Shown: one piece after another, positions 47,280 to 57,290 of the stretch | Position numbering within the stretch: the first letter of the stretch is position 1 | Layout: each line of letters begins with the position of its first letter | From: a virus | Reading direction: 5' to 3' (one strand) | Length of the DNA: 64,000 nt | Virus genome (UHGV): UHGV-0200554 | Translations under genes and position numbers: made by a program | The notes under the pieces: generated by a model | Databases searched by the model: none | Seen by the model: the letters and a program-made list of their open reading frames with translations, nothing else | Told to the model about the DNA's origin: nothing

Positions 47280-48334
47280 TGGCAGACACCATCAAAATTC
47301 AAGAGAAGGGCATTGCACTGTGCCATGAAGCACAAGGTTTCAGTGCCAATAACCGTCCGATCTCTTTGCTGATGAAAAGTGATCTTGAACCAGAACAGTT
47401 GACAGCTGATATTGTCAAAGCTCTGCGTCAGGTCACGGTGGATCTTAGTTTTGAAGAATACCTCATGAGATTCTTCGGTTTGTGGGCCTATGATGCTAAA
47501 AAATTAGCCGCACTTCTGGGGTTTGAAATCGAAGAGGAAGCCTTCGCTAGAGAACACCCAGACAATGATTGGGCGCAAGCCGACGCTGAAATGGTTCGTG
47601 AATGGCTGGAAGAAGTAAACTCCACAGTAACGATCCACAAAGCTGCTCAGGAAGGTAAAGACCTTTCTTTAGTCGAACAATATGAACTTCTGAAAGCACA
47701 GCAGAAGTTCGAGGAAGTAACCGCTGATCTCTTCGATGCAGAAGGGAACCTTATTAAAGCGGTCGAAGACCCAGTAGAACCTGAGGTGAAACATGAACCT
47801 CAACCGGAGCCGAAACCGGAACCTGTACCTGAAGAAGTAGTTCCAGTTAAGCCTGTGAAAGAAGTTCCTGAAAAAACCCCAGCTAATACTGATAACAATG
47901 AACCCGCAAATATCGAGGGGAATACGGTGGAAGATGTAACCAAATCTCAAGAGTACATTGACCTGTTGAAACAGTTTGAAGCATTGCAGGCTAAACAAGC
48001 AGAAGCCGATGCAATCATCAAAGCTCAGGTTGAACTCAAAAAAGCAGAAATGCTTGAAAAAGCTAAAGCTCTTAGCTTCGTAACTGAAGAAGATCATGAA
48101 ATGCTGGTTGACTTCATGTTAGAAAAAGCTAATGAAGCAGTTGTCGCACTTCTTGAAAAAGCTCAGGCACGTATTGCTGAACTTGAAGCGGAAGTTAAAA
48201 AAACCAAAGAAGAATTCGCAACCGCCGAACACGGTAAAGACGGCGAACCTATTGTGGATGATGTTCAAAAATCCGCAGAAGAAATCCTTGCAGAAAACGT
48301 AGCGAAAGCTCTCGCTGCAAAAGCTAACAAATAA
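47279..48334 (+). CDS. scaffolding protein (putative)
   Basis: Acidic, Pro/Glu-rich linker and long coiled coil; precedes capsid gene. Confidence 0.5.
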   Translation: MADTIKIQEKGIALCHEAQGFSANNRPISLLMKSDLEPEQLTADIVKALRQVTVDLSFEEYLMRFFGLWAYDAKKLAALLGFEIEEEAFAREHPDNDWAQADAEMVREWLEEVNSTVTIHKAAQEGKDLSLVEQYELLKAQQKFEEVTADLFDAEGNLIKAVEDPVEPEVKHEPQPEPKPEPVPEEVVPVKPVKEVPEKTPANTDNNEPANIEGNTVEDVTKSQEYIDLLKQFEALQAKQAEADAIIKAQVELKKAEMLEKAKALSFVTEEDHEMLVDFMLEKANEAVVALLEKAQARIAELEAEVKKTKEEFATAEHGKDGEPIVDDVQKSAEEILAENVAKALAAKANK

Positions 48335-48346
48335 TTCAAGGGGAAA

Positions 48347-48724
48347 ATGATGATCACCACTCAATATTCTGATATCGTGCTCGGCAAAGTAGACGCAAGC
48401 GATGCTGGCTTCAACTTTAAAGAGATCGAAATCACTCTGACTGATGACCATGTAGCAGGTGCTGTAGTTACCGCTACTGGTACTCTGGCTAACGCAGATG
48501 GTTCTGATACATTCGGTGTTCTGGTAGACCGTGCCTTACTGCCTGATTCTGCTGGTCGTGTAAACCTGGCTGAACCGCTGACTATTGGTCAGACCTATAA
48601 ACTGGTTGTTGCTGTTCGCGGCGTTACCTTTGCAAAAGAACATCTGGTTATCGCTGACGGTGCAGAAGCTCCTGAAGCTGTTCTGAAAGCTCTGGAAGCT
48701 CGTGGTAACAAAGTTCAAGAATAA
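48347..48724 (+). CDS. small head protein (possible decoration protein)
   Basis: 125-aa ORF directly upstream of capsid gene. Confidence 0.4.
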   Translation: MMITTQYSDIVLGKVDASDAGFNFKEIEITLTDDHVAGAVVTATGTLANADGSDTFGVLVDRALLPDSAGRVNLAEPLTIGQTYKLVVAVRGVTFAKEHLVIADGAEAPEAVLKALEARGNKVQE

Positions 48725-48747
48725 TTGATTGATAACTGGAGAAAATA

Positions 48748-49752
48748 ATGATCACTCGTAAAGATGATTTTGGTATTGTTGACCTGGGTGCAACTCTTGA
48801 GCTGGTTCCACGCCAATTCCGTCTGATCACTGGCATGAACCTTTTTGAAACCCACCTGGGTACTTCTACCATCGCACAAATCGAACGTGTTGACGAAATC
48901 GTAGCAGATATCCCTGCTCGTCGTCGTGGTGGTGAACGTAACTACGTAGGTAGCGAACGTGCTCAGATCAAAAACCTGAACATCCCGTTCTTCCCATTGG
49001 ATAAAGGGATTACAGCAGCTGACGTTCAAAACTTCCGTCGCTACTTTACTCCTGATGCTCCGAAAACTGTGGAAGATGTTGTAACTCGTGTAGTTCGCCG
49101 CATCCGTATCTCCCATGAAGCTCTGCGTGAAAAAGCACTGTTTGCTGCTGTCATGGGTAAATCCTATGCTCCTGGTGATGCAACCTGCAAATATGACTAT
49201 TACACCCTGTGGGGCGTAACTCAGAAATCCATCGAAATCGATCCGGCTGATGCTGCTCAGGACCCGATGGAAGTTATCGAAGAAGGTCGTCTGCACATTG
49301 CTCTGCAAGCTGGTGACAATGCTGGTGCATACCGCATTATTTGCCTGTGCTCTCCTGAATTCTTCAGTGCACTGGTTCATCATCCGCTGGTAGAACTGGC
49401 TTACACCTACTACAGCTCACAACAGGAACCTCTGCGTCGTCGTCTGGGTGCTGGCGGTGAAAATTCAGTCTATCGCGTATTTGAACACAAAGGCATGACC
49501 TTCATCGAAGATATCTCCGGCAACATCCCGGCAAAAGAAGCACGTTTAGTACCGATGGGTATTGATGCTATGTTCCAGCTGCACTTTGCTCCGGCAGATG
49601 ACCTGGCAGAAGCAAATACTCCGGCACAAGAACTGTACATGTGGTACAAACACTCAGCTTATCTGCGTGAAGAAAAAGTTGAGTCTGAAACCTCTATGCT
49701 GGCTGTTAACACCCGTCCTGAACTGGTTGTTAAAGTCACTCTTCATGAATAA
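48748..49752 (+). CDS. major capsid protein (putative)
   Basis: 334 aa; after scaffold, before strong terminator; E. coli-like high-expression codons. Confidence 0.55.
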   Translation: MITRKDDFGIVDLGATLELVPRQFRLITGMNLFETHLGTSTIAQIERVDEIVADIPARRRGGERNYVGSERAQIKNLNIPFFPLDKGITAADVQNFRRYFTPDAPKTVEDVVTRVVRRIRISHEALREKALFAAVMGKSYAPGDATCKYDYYTLWGVTQKSIEIDPADAAQDPMEVIEEGRLHIALQAGDNAGAYRIICLCSPEFFSALVHHPLVELAYTYYSSQQEPLRRRLGAGGENSVYRVFEHKGMTFIEDISGNIPAKEARLVPMGIDAMFQLHFAPADDLAEANTPAQELYMWYKHSAYLREEKVESETSMLAVNTRPELVVKVTLHE

Positions 49753-49780
49753 TCGTCACCTCGGTGACTAACCTCGAAGG

Positions 49781-49812
49781 GGGGAGGGGGAACCCTCTCC
49801 CCTTTCTTGTTT
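49781..49812 (+). terminator. strong intrinsic terminator (GGGGGAGGGGG-AACC-CTCTCCCC + TTTCTTGTTTT)
   Basis: Read directly after capsid gene. Confidence 0.7.
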
Positions 49813-49834
49813 TAGGGCTGTAAAGGAGACTCTT

Positions 49835-51259
49835 GTGTTCTATCCAGTTGAATATGATCCGAAATTACGGATTTTCAATAACCAGGTAGACTTCTACGAA
49901 TTTCTGGCAGAAGCTAATCCAGAAATCAACGTAGGTCTGTCTGCGTTATTACCACCAACCGAATTTGTTGTTGGTGAAAAACACTTCCCATGCAGAACGA
50001 TTGTGGATTTCTTCGAACAGATTGCAGAACAGACTGGATTGCCAATCGACACGGAAGCCTCCACTATCCGTATGGGTGTAATTCTTTTGTTCTTCACAGA
50101 AGACTTGGGTGAGAGCATCTTAACACTTCAAAGCGGTGATGCTCATATTACGCTTACCCCTTCCGTGTTTAAAGAGGTAGATGCTGCTTCCAAGGTTTCA
50201 GTGGCAAAAGGTCATCTGTGGTATCCTGAAGAAATGCCCAGCAAGGTTACCATAAATGATGAGCAATGTGATGTTGTTTATGCAGAGGGTACTCAAACTT
50301 TCACCATTGGGTGGCCTAAGAAACGTTCTCAGGTTGTAAATCCAGGTCTGACTTCCGAACCGATTGTAAGAGAAGAGTGGGAAGAGAGTCCTAATACGCT
50401 ACCAAATGAAAGAGCACTTAAAGAAGACGGTACTTTAAAAATGGGAACGGGTGTAAAAGGCACTTATGCTACAGTTACCAGTGATGGGGTAATTGAATTA
50501 GCACTCATTCCAATGATACCTGGTCGTAAAGTATTAGGTCCTGCTGGCGATGATGGTATTTTTACTAAAACAGAAAAAGGCGACGTTTCTTGTTTCTTTG
50601 GTGTGACTAGTTTGAAATATCCGTTAAAAGATGTAATTGGTTTATATGATTCCATTACTTTAGATGTAATTAGTGATGGTACACCTATACAAAAAATGGA
50701 CTTACAATTACATAATGGCGGTTGGTATGACAAAAACGGAGAAATGTTAGAGGGTACTTACCTTGACGAATATACTATTCAAGAAGCCACTCGTGTATCA
50801 TTCTATGCAGAAAGGGGTAGAGAACATAAGTTTGTTTTAAGTGCTACCTCTGGAGAAAACACGGAGAGCATAGAAGTTACCGTTATTGATGAGTACGTAG
50901 AACCGGATCCTGAACCAGAGCTGGAACCAGAGCCGGACCCGGATACAGGAGTTGACCCAGGACCTGATCCAGAATCATTACCTGAGCCAGGACCCACTGT
51001 GGGAGACAACGGTGAAACTACAGGGCCTGCTGAATCACAGGGTGCGGAGCCAGCTATAATGACAATGAGTATGGAAGAAGCTGCTCCCGATAGCGTCGAT
51101 GCCATCCTACAGCAGGCTGCTGTTTTAGAAGACGAAGCAGACAAGAGTGGCTCTAAAGTGGCTCTTGAAGCATTCGCCAAACAATACGGTGTGAGCTTAG
51201 CTCGAAATAAAACTTTCGCCAATATGATGAAAGATTTCGAAGCAGCTCTTAGAGCATAA
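49835..51259 (+). CDS. virion structural protein (474 aa) with acidic Pro-rich linker
   Basis: Large ORF after capsid gene; PDPEPELEPEPDPD linker; function unknown. Confidence 0.45.
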   Translation: MFYPVEYDPKLRIFNNQVDFYEFLAEANPEINVGLSALLPPTEFVVGEKHFPCRTIVDFFEQIAEQTGLPIDTEASTIRMGVILLFFTEDLGESILTLQSGDAHITLTPSVFKEVDAASKVSVAKGHLWYPEEMPSKVTINDEQCDVVYAEGTQTFTIGWPKKRSQVVNPGLTSEPIVREEWEESPNTLPNERALKEDGTLKMGTGVKGTYATVTSDGVIELALIPMIPGRKVLGPAGDDGIFTKTEKGDVSCFFGVTSLKYPLKDVIGLYDSITLDVISDGTPIQKMDLQLHNGGWYDKNGEMLEGTYLDEYTIQEATRVSFYAERGREHKFVLSATSGENTESIEVTVIDEYVEPDPEPELEPEPDPDTGVDPGPDPESLPEPGPTVGDNGETTGPAESQGAEPAIMTMSMEEAAPDSVDAILQQAAVLEDEADKSGSKVALEAFAKQYGVSLARNKTFANMMKDFEAALRA

Positions 51260-51282
51260 AATTAAAAATTACACCACTACTG

Positions 51283-51317
51283 GCCCCACACCATTCCCGG
51301 TCTGGGGCTTTATTTTT
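51283..51317 (+). terminator. intrinsic terminator (GCCCCA-loop-TGGGGC + TTTATTTTT)
   Basis: Read directly. Confidence 0.6.
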
Positions 51318-51370
51318 ATCAGCTTACATGTTATAATAATTAAGTGTTCATAATCCTCAAAGGAGATAGA

Positions 51371-52045
51371 ATGGCGTGGTATGAAGAAGAAGAGGTAGTC
51401 CCTACTCCTGGTGGGGGAGAGCCTGAAAATCCAGATCCTGTAGGGCCAGATGTTGGTGAAGGCGAGGAACCCACAGATCCTGTGCCTGAGGAACCGGAAC
51501 TGCCGACTGTACCAGATGAAGATATTGATCCAGATTTTAGTCAAGAAGATTCATTGTCAGCATTCGTTCGTATTCTGCTTGGTAATGTATCACCTGAAGT
51601 ACTTCCACCGGAAACACTGGCTCTGTTTGTAGAAATGGCAGTAATGAAATACGATCTGGAAAACCATCCAGAAAGGTTGCCGAATGTCAAATATGATGCA
51701 ATGGTCCAGGCTGTACGCTGGCTGATGGTTCAGGAAGTTGCGAGCGGTGAGTCCAGCATCAGTTCTCGTCTGGAAAAAGTTGGTGATGAAACTATCGAAG
51801 TCCGTATAGGTCAGACTACATGGCAAGGCTGGAAAGACTTCCTTGACTGGCTGGTTGCCAATCCAGATTATGTTGACTCTGAACTGGATTCCTGTGGCAG
51901 ACTGGTTATCATCGGTGGTGTGCGTGAAGATGAGTTCCAGAGAGTCAAACGTAATAGAAACAGTGTTTGTGGCTTTGATGTTTCTGGTATCACACCTATG
52001 AGTGGTTTACATGGACAACCAAAAAGATACCCATCTCGCAGGTAA
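51371..52045 (+). CDS. structural protein with acidic Pro-rich N-terminus (start at RBS-linked ATG)
   Basis: AAAGGAG RBS before ATG 51371. Confidence 0.45.
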   Translation: MAWYEEEEVVPTPGGGEPENPDPVGPDVGEGEEPTDPVPEEPELPTVPDEDIDPDFSQEDSLSAFVRILLGNVSPEVLPPETLALFVEMAVMKYDLENHPERLPNVKYDAMVQAVRWLMVQEVASGESSISSRLEKVGDETIEVRIGQTTWQGWKDFLDWLVANPDYVDSELDSCGRLVIIGGVREDEFQRVKRNRNSVCGFDVSGITPMSGLHGQPKRYPSRR

Positions 52046-52060
52046 TTTGCTAAATTAGTA

Positions 52061-52089
52061 TTGAAAATTGTTGCAGCCTGTGGTATAAT
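52061..52089 (+). promoter_or_regulatory. sigma70-like promoter TTGAAA-17-TATAAT
   Basis: Read directly. Confidence 0.5.
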
Positions 52090-52107
52090 TTATCTATTGG
52101 GGGCAAA

Positions 52108-52575
52108 GTGCTTAGAGTAAAATGCACTTCTAAAACCAATTTTAAGCCGCTTGAAAGGTTCCACAGGGAACTTATTAAGTTGGAAAGTAAAACAATCTCC
52201 TATGGATTCTACGACGAAGAACATTACTCCGGCCTGAATATGGCAACACTGGCTGCAATTCATAACTTTGGCTGGAATGGTCTTCCGGTTCGTAACTTCA
52301 TGGAAACTGCTTTCGTATTTTATAATGCGGAACTCTCCAAGCAGATGGAACGACTGCTCCGCGCGATGGCGCGTGGGGCAAGTCCAGATACTATCCTGAA
52401 GCAAATCGGTAAAGGCGGGGCTGAGGCCATTAAGTTTGTTATCGAGGCGGGGATGTTCAGCAATCCAAAGGTTAGCGAACAGTGGGCGCAAGAAAAAGGC
52501 TTTAACGAAGCTATGCGTCATTATGATGTGTTGCTTGAGTCAGCAACCTTCAAAATCGGACAATTAAAAGACTAA
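52108..52575 (+). CDS. head-tail joining/neck protein (putative), GTG start
   Basis: ORF position between head and tail genes. Confidence 0.4.
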   Translation: MLRVKCTSKTNFKPLERFHRELIKLESKTISYGFYDEEHYSGLNMATLAAIHNFGWNGLPVRNFMETAFVFYNAELSKQMERLLRAMARGASPDTILKQIGKGGAEAIKFVIEAGMFSNPKVSEQWAQEKGFNEAMRHYDVLLESATFKIGQLKD

Positions 52576-52585
52576 TGGAGGTTGA

Positions 52586-53023
52586 ATGGCTGTAGGCTAC
52601 AGATTGATTGGTAAAAATAAATTAATTCCGAGAAAGACTTTTAAAGGTCGTCACAGAACGCTTAAACGCATTGATAACAGCCCTTTTGCTAACAAAGGTG
52701 TTGAGCTTGAGATAGAAGAGTTCGATGTTTTAGAATGCGTTATGCAGCCTTTAACAGGCCGTGCGGCTAAAGACTACTCCTCGCAAATTAACCCCGAAGG
52801 TGGCAGACAATACGAAGCGTATACAGTTTACTCTTCTGTACGTCTACGTAACCCCGACGAAGGGGAATATCAACTTGCAGATCAGATCCAGTTGCCAAAC
52901 CTGCATGGTGAGTTAACATGGTTCACTGTTCTGAAATGCGATCAATATCATACATCAGGTGTGGAAAGATACCGCTCCTATGTTGTGGAAGAACCCGCAA
53001 ATAACGAAGGAGACACAATCTGA
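52586..53023 (+). CDS. neck/tail completion protein (putative)
   Basis: ORF position. Confidence 0.4.
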   Translation: MAVGYRLIGKNKLIPRKTFKGRHRTLKRIDNSPFANKGVELEIEEFDVLECVMQPLTGRAAKDYSSQINPEGGRQYEAYTVYSSVRLRNPDEGEYQLADQIQLPNLHGELTWFTVLKCDQYHTSGVERYRSYVVEEPANNEGDTI

Positions 53024-53571
53024 TGGAAGAGTTTGAAAAAGTTTTTAGCGATCTGGAGGAAATTGTTGCTAAGATGGCAAGAGTTGCCACAGGCAGACGT
53101 GTCATCATGGGTGATCAGGAGATCATTCCGAAACCAGATGGTGAGTTTATCCTTCTTGAAACGATGGGTATTCAGCCACACATCTGGGAAGACAATGAAT
53201 TCCAGACCGAAGAGGGTGTTGCTTACGTTACCCACAACTACACAGTTACCTATATGTTAACTGCCTATCGTGGTAAAGCGTATGCAGCATTGTCCAGATT
53301 ATTGCAAGCAATAAACCTTCCGATGTTTTACGATAAATTCTTTCCTGATGGTTCTATGTACGCCTATTCTTCGGCCTCTACAATCTCACCTCTGCGAGTA
53401 CCGATGAATAAGCAAGCATATGAGGTAAGAGCCACGGTAATGATGACGTTTAACGTCAGGTTTATTGAGACTGACATGGCAGCGTTCGAAGATCTTCAGG
53501 GCATCGAAGCTGAGCTTCATGTTCTCCACCCTGCTGATGACAGTCAAGCGGTTATCGACCCTGGTCAGTAA
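53023..53571 (+). CDS. neck/tail completion protein (putative)
   Basis: ORF; start overlaps previous stop. Confidence 0.4.
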   Translation: MEEFEKVFSDLEEIVAKMARVATGRRVIMGDQEIIPKPDGEFILLETMGIQPHIWEDNEFQTEEGVAYVTHNYTVTYMLTAYRGKAYAALSRLLQAINLPMFYDKFFPDGSMYAYSSASTISPLRVPMNKQAYEVRATVMMTFNVRFIETDMAAFEDLQGIEAELHVLHPADDSQAVIDPGQ

Positions 53572-53643
53572 TCGTTCTCCATGTAGCGTAATGATTATGC
53601 TACTTGTTAATATCCTGTGCACAAGATATTGAAGAGGAAACAA

Positions 53644-55032
53644 ATGCCTTACAATGATAAAGTTGTCGATGTGCAAGTAAACCTGGGTACACAGCCGATT
53701 GACACAGTAGGCTTCGAAACTCCCCTGTTTATTGCCATCCACAATAATTTTACTGAACGCGCTCGCGTTTACGCTGAACTCGATCAGTTAGTTGACGATG
53801 GTTTTGCACCAGGTAGTGCTGCTCACACCTTCGCTTCTAACGCTTTCGGTGGTGAGTTTCCGCCACAATACATTGTCATTGGTCGTCAGGCTGCAACAGA
53901 AACTGTTGTTGACTTTGTTGGTGGTGTATTCCCAGCTGAATCTGAAGTTATCGTAAACGTAGCAATCCCTAATTATGATCGTGCCGTAGTCATCCAAGTT
54001 GGTGGTGGTACTGCTGCTACAGCAATTGCTGAGGCTCTGGCTACAGCGATCACTGAAGATGAAACCTTGTCAGGTGCTGGCGTAACTGCTACCGCTGGGG
54101 AAGGTAAAGTTACCGTTACAGGGGCTACCGTAGGCTACAGTGCTGGCGATTTCAAAATCGAAAATAAATCTGATGAAACTCCGCAGACGATTATCGATGA
54201 AATCAATGACGCGAACAACAACTGGTATTTCCTGTGTGCCGAAGATCACAGCACTACTGCTATCACAGCTCTTGCAAAATGGGCACAAGCTAACTACAAA
54301 CTCCATGTTTACTCCACTGCTGATGAAGATGCAATGGGCGTAGAAGGGGGTATCGGTTACGCTCTCAAACTGCTCCAGATTGATAATACCATAGGTATGT
54401 GGGATCCGCGTGCTAACATGGACTTCCCAGAAGGTGGTATCATCGGTGCAATGGCATCCAATGACCCGTCATATGGTGATAGCTTACACCTGAAAAAAAT
54501 GCCAGGCATTACTCCTCCGAACATGAGTATCGGACAGAGAATGGCATTGTGGGATAATAACCTGAACTTCTACAGAATGATCAATGGTGTTGGTTGCTTC
54601 TGGGAAGGTAAATGCGCTTCAGGCCAATATGCTGACGTAATCAGATTCTCCCACTGGATCAAATTCCGTTCCGAAGAATCTATGTTTGGCTACATGCATC
54701 GCAGATCCAATATAGGCATGAGCATGAAAATGTCTGATGATGACCTGCCTGTTATTAAATCTGTTCTGATGAACGACCCGATCAACGTTGGTATCACCAA
54801 CGGTGCTATCCTGACCGGATATGACGAAGAAAATAGTGTGTTCTATGATCCGATTATCACTGTTCCGAAACGTGCTAACATCCCTACCAATCAGCTGGCT
54901 GCTCGCACTTTGGAAGGTGTTAAAGTAGAACTGGTCTATAACAACGCTCTGCACTTTGTTAAAATCCGTATCAATGTCCTGCTGGACAAAACGGGTACTA
55001 CCGGCACAAGTGCTCAGGCAATGACTGCATAA
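53644..55032 (+). CDS. tail sheath protein (putative)
   Basis: ~460 aa ORF followed by small tube-sized ORF, chaperone pair and tape measure; order-based. Confidence 0.45.
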   Translation: MPYNDKVVDVQVNLGTQPIDTVGFETPLFIAIHNNFTERARVYAELDQLVDDGFAPGSAAHTFASNAFGGEFPPQYIVIGRQAATETVVDFVGGVFPAESEVIVNVAIPNYDRAVVIQVGGGTAATAIAEALATAITEDETLSGAGVTATAGEGKVTVTGATVGYSAGDFKIENKSDETPQTIIDEINDANNNWYFLCAEDHSTTAITALAKWAQANYKLHVYSTADEDAMGVEGGIGYALKLLQIDNTIGMWDPRANMDFPEGGIIGAMASNDPSYGDSLHLKKMPGITPPNMSIGQRMALWDNNLNFYRMINGVGCFWEGKCASGQYADVIRFSHWIKFRSEESMFGYMHRRSNIGMSMKMSDDDLPVIKSVLMNDPINVGITNGAILTGYDEENSVFYDPIITVPKRANIPTNQLAARTLEGVKVELVYNNALHFVKIRINVLLDKTGTTGTSAQAMTA

Positions 55033-55043
55033 CAGGAGGGTAA

Positions 55044-55517
55044 ATGGTCACAGATATTTTAACACCTTATGCATATGACCCGAAAAAGGTTCGTCTCTAC
55101 TTGATGACTCAGAGAGTATTCGGTTTTGCAGCGGATACAAAAATTGTTGTTTCTCGTAACGAGGACAATATTTACCCGCATATGGGCGTGGATGGTGAAC
55201 TAAGTGCAGCTTTATCCCGTAACCAATCTGGTGTAATGACTGTATCTTTACAGAACACCTCCGCATGGAACGCCTACCTGTCAGACTGGCAGAAACAAGC
55301 ATCTATCACAGGTCTTGTATTCTTCCCAGTGCTGCTGGAAGGTAGCCAGGGGCCAGGCATCAGCACTATTGGCTGGATTCAGAAACAACCTGATCTGACT
55401 TATGGTACTGAAGTTGCCCAACTTGACTGGGAAATCGGCGTACTGGATTGCTGGTTAAACAAAGACAACATCGAATCTGCAATGATGGGACTTGCAGGTT
55501 TAACTGGTATCATTTAA
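55044..55517 (+). CDS. tail tube protein (putative)
   Basis: 157-aa ORF after sheath candidate. Confidence 0.45.
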   Translation: MVTDILTPYAYDPKKVRLYLMTQRVFGFAADTKIVVSRNEDNIYPHMGVDGELSAALSRNQSGVMTVSLQNTSAWNAYLSDWQKQASITGLVFFPVLLEGSQGPGISTIGWIQKQPDLTYGTEVAQLDWEIGVLDCWLNKDNIESAMMGLAGLTGII

Positions 55518-55524
55518 TGCTACA

Positions 55525-55551
55525 GGCCACCTTCGGGTGGCCTTTCTTGTT
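55525..55551 (+). terminator. intrinsic terminator (GGCCACC-TTCG-GGTGGCC + TTTCTTGTTT)
   Basis: Read directly. Confidence 0.7.
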
Positions 55552-55559
55552 TATAAGGT

Positions 55560-55589
55560 TTGACAAAAGTTGGTGTTTTGTGGTATAGT
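55560..55589 (+). promoter_or_regulatory. sigma70-like promoter TTGACA-18-TATAGT
   Basis: Read directly upstream of nuclease gene. Confidence 0.55.
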
Positions 55590-55622
55590 TCCTTTGTGTT
55601 TAAAATTACTAGGAGTTTACAG

Positions 55623-57149
55623 ATGGCTGGAAAATGTTACACTAAAAAAGAATGGCTAACAGCTGTCTTCAAAGAAAACCCTGAGTTTGAAGAAATGTAC
55701 GATTACAGTCAAACTGAGTACAAAGGCAGTAGAGAAAAAGTGAGCATTATTTGCAAAAAACATGGTGCGTTTTCTGTAGAAGCAAATGCTCATAGAAAAG
55801 GAGAGGGATGCAAAGAATGCTACCTTGAGCGTAAACGTGGAAACAAGGAAGAATTCGTTGAAAAAGCTAAAGAAGTGCATGGGGTGCGTTACAACTACTC
55901 TAAGGTTGTGTATAAAGACAGAGTGACAAAAGTAGATATCATCTGCCCTGATCACGGAGTGTTCTCACAAAAACCTAGCAAACATTTGAGAGGACAGGGC
56001 TGCCCCCATTGTGCTAACATGGCTCGTGGTAGAAAAAGAAGAAACTCTTTTGAGGAAGTAGTGGAACAGGCCAAAGAGGTCCACAAAGATAAATACGTTT
56101 ACAAAGGTATGTTTTACGATGAAAGGAAGAAAGGTATTCTTAATATTAAATGTTCAAGGTGTGGATCAGAGTTCCAACAACCTGTGAAAGACCATGTACA
56201 CCAAAATCATGGGTGTAGACATTGTGCAAAACTAACCTCAAGAGTGGAAGAATCTGTCTTTGACTTCATAAAAACTATCTGCCCAGACGCGGAGCAGTCT
56301 GATCGCACTATCCTGGATGATGGCAAAGAGTTAGATATCTATGTCCCATCAAAGCGTGTGGCGATTGAAGTCAATGGTATCTTCTGGCATGGAGACAATC
56401 ATAAGCCTAGGGATTATCATTACAAAAAATGGTTAGCCTGTAAAGAGAAAGGTATTCGTCTGATCCAGATCACAGATTATGATTGGAATAACAACCAAAA
56501 AGTGTTTAGCCAGTTGCTGGCTCATGCCTTGGGGTGCAATAGTGAGCGTAAAGTGAATGCTAGGGAATGCGAAGTGGTGCATCTCAAATCAACAGAGTGC
56601 AAAGAGTTTTACAACGCTTACCACCCACAAGGCCATTCTCCTAACCCAATTAATCTGGCCTTGAAAACGAAAGAAGGGGAAATTGTAGCGATCATGAGCT
56701 TTGGTTATGGTAAAACTACAAGGGGTCAGGCCAGAGCTAACGGTACGACTAAAGCAACATGGGAGTTATCAAGATTTGCATCAAGCTGCTCTGTTCGTGG
56801 TGGGGCATCTCGACTGTTTAAAACGTTCATCAGAGAGAACAATCCAGAAGAGGTTAGCTCATTCAGCATGAATGACTACTTCGCTGGTGGGGTTTACGAA
56901 GTGTTAGGATTTGTTGCGGAGACGTATGGCAAACCAGACTACAGAGTGTTCCATCCGTTCAGCGGGTTACGCCACAAATCATACTGGCAACGCCGTAATA
57001 TCCCGAAACGTTTGAAAGAACTGGGTAAAGAAGAATTAAACTTTGACCCAGAAATTGATCAGCGTACAGAGCGGGAGATAGAGGATTTGGTTGGTGCTAT
57101 CCGGTTGTGGGACAGCGGCAAGATCAAATGGGTATGGAAAGCTGAGTAA
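55623..57149 (+). CDS. free-standing nuclease: three zinc-ribbon repeats (HGxF...H..GxGC..C) + PD-(D/E)xK-like (DUF559/Vsr-like) core + C-terminal unknown domain
   Basis: Three repeats of KHGAFS...GEGCKEC type; VAIEVNGIFWHGDNHK...IRLIQITDYDW; own promoter and flanking terminators. Confidence 0.5.
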   Translation: MAGKCYTKKEWLTAVFKENPEFEEMYDYSQTEYKGSREKVSIICKKHGAFSVEANAHRKGEGCKECYLERKRGNKEEFVEKAKEVHGVRYNYSKVVYKDRVTKVDIICPDHGVFSQKPSKHLRGQGCPHCANMARGRKRRNSFEEVVEQAKEVHKDKYVYKGMFYDERKKGILNIKCSRCGSEFQQPVKDHVHQNHGCRHCAKLTSRVEESVFDFIKTICPDAEQSDRTILDDGKELDIYVPSKRVAIEVNGIFWHGDNHKPRDYHYKKWLACKEKGIRLIQITDYDWNNNQKVFSQLLAHALGCNSERKVNARECEVVHLKSTECKEFYNAYHPQGHSPNPINLALKTKEGEIVAIMSFGYGKTTRGQARANGTTKATWELSRFASSCSVRGGASRLFKTFIRENNPEEVSSFSMNDYFAGGVYEVLGFVAETYGKPDYRVFHPFSGLRHKSYWQRRNIPKRLKELGKEELNFDPEIDQRTEREIEDLVGAIRLWDSGKIKWVWKAE

Positions 57150-57154
57150 TCATA

Positions 57155-57179
57155 AGCCTCTTCGGAGGCTTTTCTGTCT
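57155..57179 (+). terminator. intrinsic terminator (AGCCTC-TTCG-GAGGCT + TTTCTGTCT)
   Basis: Read directly. Confidence 0.65.
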
Positions 57180-57183
57180 ACAT

Positions 57184-57211
57184 TGACAAAAAGTGAGTAC
57201 AATGTTATAAT
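57184..57211 (+). promoter_or_regulatory. consensus sigma70 promoter TTGACA-16/17-TATAAT
   Basis: Perfect hexamers read directly. Confidence 0.65.
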
Positions 57212-57290
57212 AAATCTATATAATAACGTGGTGGTGACAGTTGTCTAAAATCGCATATCTGAATGCTTTTCATAAGAGGATAATAAAGAA

